DNA from: Octopus sinensis
Lineage: Eukaryota
Reading direction: 5' to 3'
DNA: 64,000 bases
Assembly (NCBI RefSeq): GCF_006345805.1
Contig: NC_043001.1
Span: 112,716,001-112,780,000, forward strand
In this document: positions 62,630 through 64,000 of the stretch, piece by piece
Numbering within the stretch: the stretch's first letter is position 1
Layout: every line of letters begins with the position of its first letter
The notes under the pieces: generated by a model
The model's database searches: none
Told to the model about the DNA's origin: nothing
The model's input: the letters and a program-made list of their open reading frames with translations, nothing else
Program-made: the position numbers and the translations under genes

Positions 62630-62735
62630 AAGCACAGTGTCTAAGATCAAACTTCAGTTACTGACTAATAGTTATTTTATCGACCCATAAAAGGATGAAT
62701 GGTAAAGTTGACATCAGTGGGAATTGAATGTAAAG
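62630..62735 (-). mobile_element. Old SINE C fragment
   Basis: TTTTATCGACCC..AAAGGATGAATGGTAAAGTTGAC..GGAATTGAA. Confidence 0.55.
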
Positions 62736-62958
62736 AAATCTATCACAAGCTCTTATTTTATTGATCGCCAAAAGAAAGCAAGTCAACTTGATATAGAGCA
62801 GAGTTTGAACTCAAAATCATAGACACCCTAAATCAGTAATCACTTGCAGTAGTTAAGTGAATGAAGAAGTCTCCACATGAGTGCCAGAAATAGCAGTTAA
62901 GTTTTTCTCATCATGCCATCAGGAAAAAAAAAAAAGAGCACAGTGTATAGTATGGTCT

Positions 62959-63380
62959 TACTCTTTACTCTTTACTCTTTACTCTTTTACTTGTTTCGGT
63001 CATCTGACTGCGGCCATGCTGGAGCACCGCCTTCTAGTCGAGTAAATCGACCCCAGGACTTATTCTTTGTAAGCCTAGTACTTATTCTATCGGTCTCTTT
63101 TGCTGAACTGCTAAGTTACGGGGACATAAATACACTACCATCAGTTGTCAAGCAAATGGTGGGGGACAAGCACAGACACAAAAACATATACACATACACA
63201 TATATATACATATATACGACGGGCTTCTTCCAGTTTCCGTCTACCAAATCCACTCACAAGGCTTTGGTCGGCCCGAGGCTATAGTAGAAGACACTTGCCC
63301 AAGGTGCCACGCAGTGGGAATGAACCCAGAACCATGTGGTTGGTTAGCGAGCTACTTACCACGCAGCCAGTCCTGCGCCT
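62959..63380 (-). mobile_element. SINE family A
   Basis: (TACTCTT)n tail through to head. Confidence 0.92.
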
Positions 63381-64000
63381 CGGTCTTGCATAGATTATTT
63401 TGAAATGTCATAGTTCTGGTTGGAGGGCTTTGATGAGGTTGCTTTATTGAAGTGAACCTGGGGCTAAACAGCAGCAGCAGCAGTAGTAGTGTTTTGTGTG
63501 TATGTGCGTTTCCATACTGATGATGGTTATCATACATTTACAGATTATTAAGGATTCTTTAAGCTACTCCTTTGGATTACAAAAACTTATGTTCTTTGAA
63601 TGGGTGTGGCAGCTGTTCTTTTGAGTGAATACAGAGAAATTTAAGCAACATTATGCAATGAGGCTTGTCCAAAAATACTATCTTTTGGCCCCATCTCTCT
63701 CAGTTTCACTTCTTTTCTTGCACACATATACCTTTATCTGTGTGTGTGTGTGTATGTTTGTGTAAATATGTGTGTGTGTGTGTATGTTTGTGTAAATATG
63801 TGTGTGTGTAAATGCATAGATGTCTGTGTGTGTGTATGTATATACATATATATATATATGTCCGTTCTTTAGTTTAAGTATTAGATCTCACAAATTTCAG
63901 AAATGTCAGTACTTTTATCTTCAAGCAGTTCTTTAAATTCAGTCGGAAAATATAATACATGAGTATAAAATACACTCATACAATGCGCACTTTAAACACA

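Overview
This is eukaryotic DNA, AT-rich and extremely dense in microsatellites, with one 100-N scaffold gap (8952-9051). The SINE families and repeat landscape point to an octopus (coleoid cephalopod) genome; this is an inference and no database search was run. There are no prokaryotic genes, rRNA or tRNA genes, or CRISPR arrays, and almost all listed ORFs are microsatellite translations. The window is intronic or intergenic and is filled by: at least 4 tRNA-type SINE families (about 40 copies or fragments); decayed LINEs (R4/Dong, two RTE families, one APE-type); a Helitron 5' end with a RepHel fragment; and many small inverted-repeat elements (three GG-ended 8-bp-TSD Merlin-like families, plus piggyBac-, Tc1- and Tigger-like ones). 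Three short candidate exons of unidentified genes are present. The highlight is two families of Penelope-like terminal repeats carrying minimal, dimer-type hammerhead ribozymes. One ribozyme is fully intact (23434-23483), and one locus is a 163-bp near-perfect palindrome with a damaged hammerhead on each strand (46432-46594). Also notable are a 43-bp minisatellite derived from a LINE ORF end and two unrelated MITEs carrying telomeric hexamers. Coordinates were counted by hand, and the ends of degenerate repeats are approximate.
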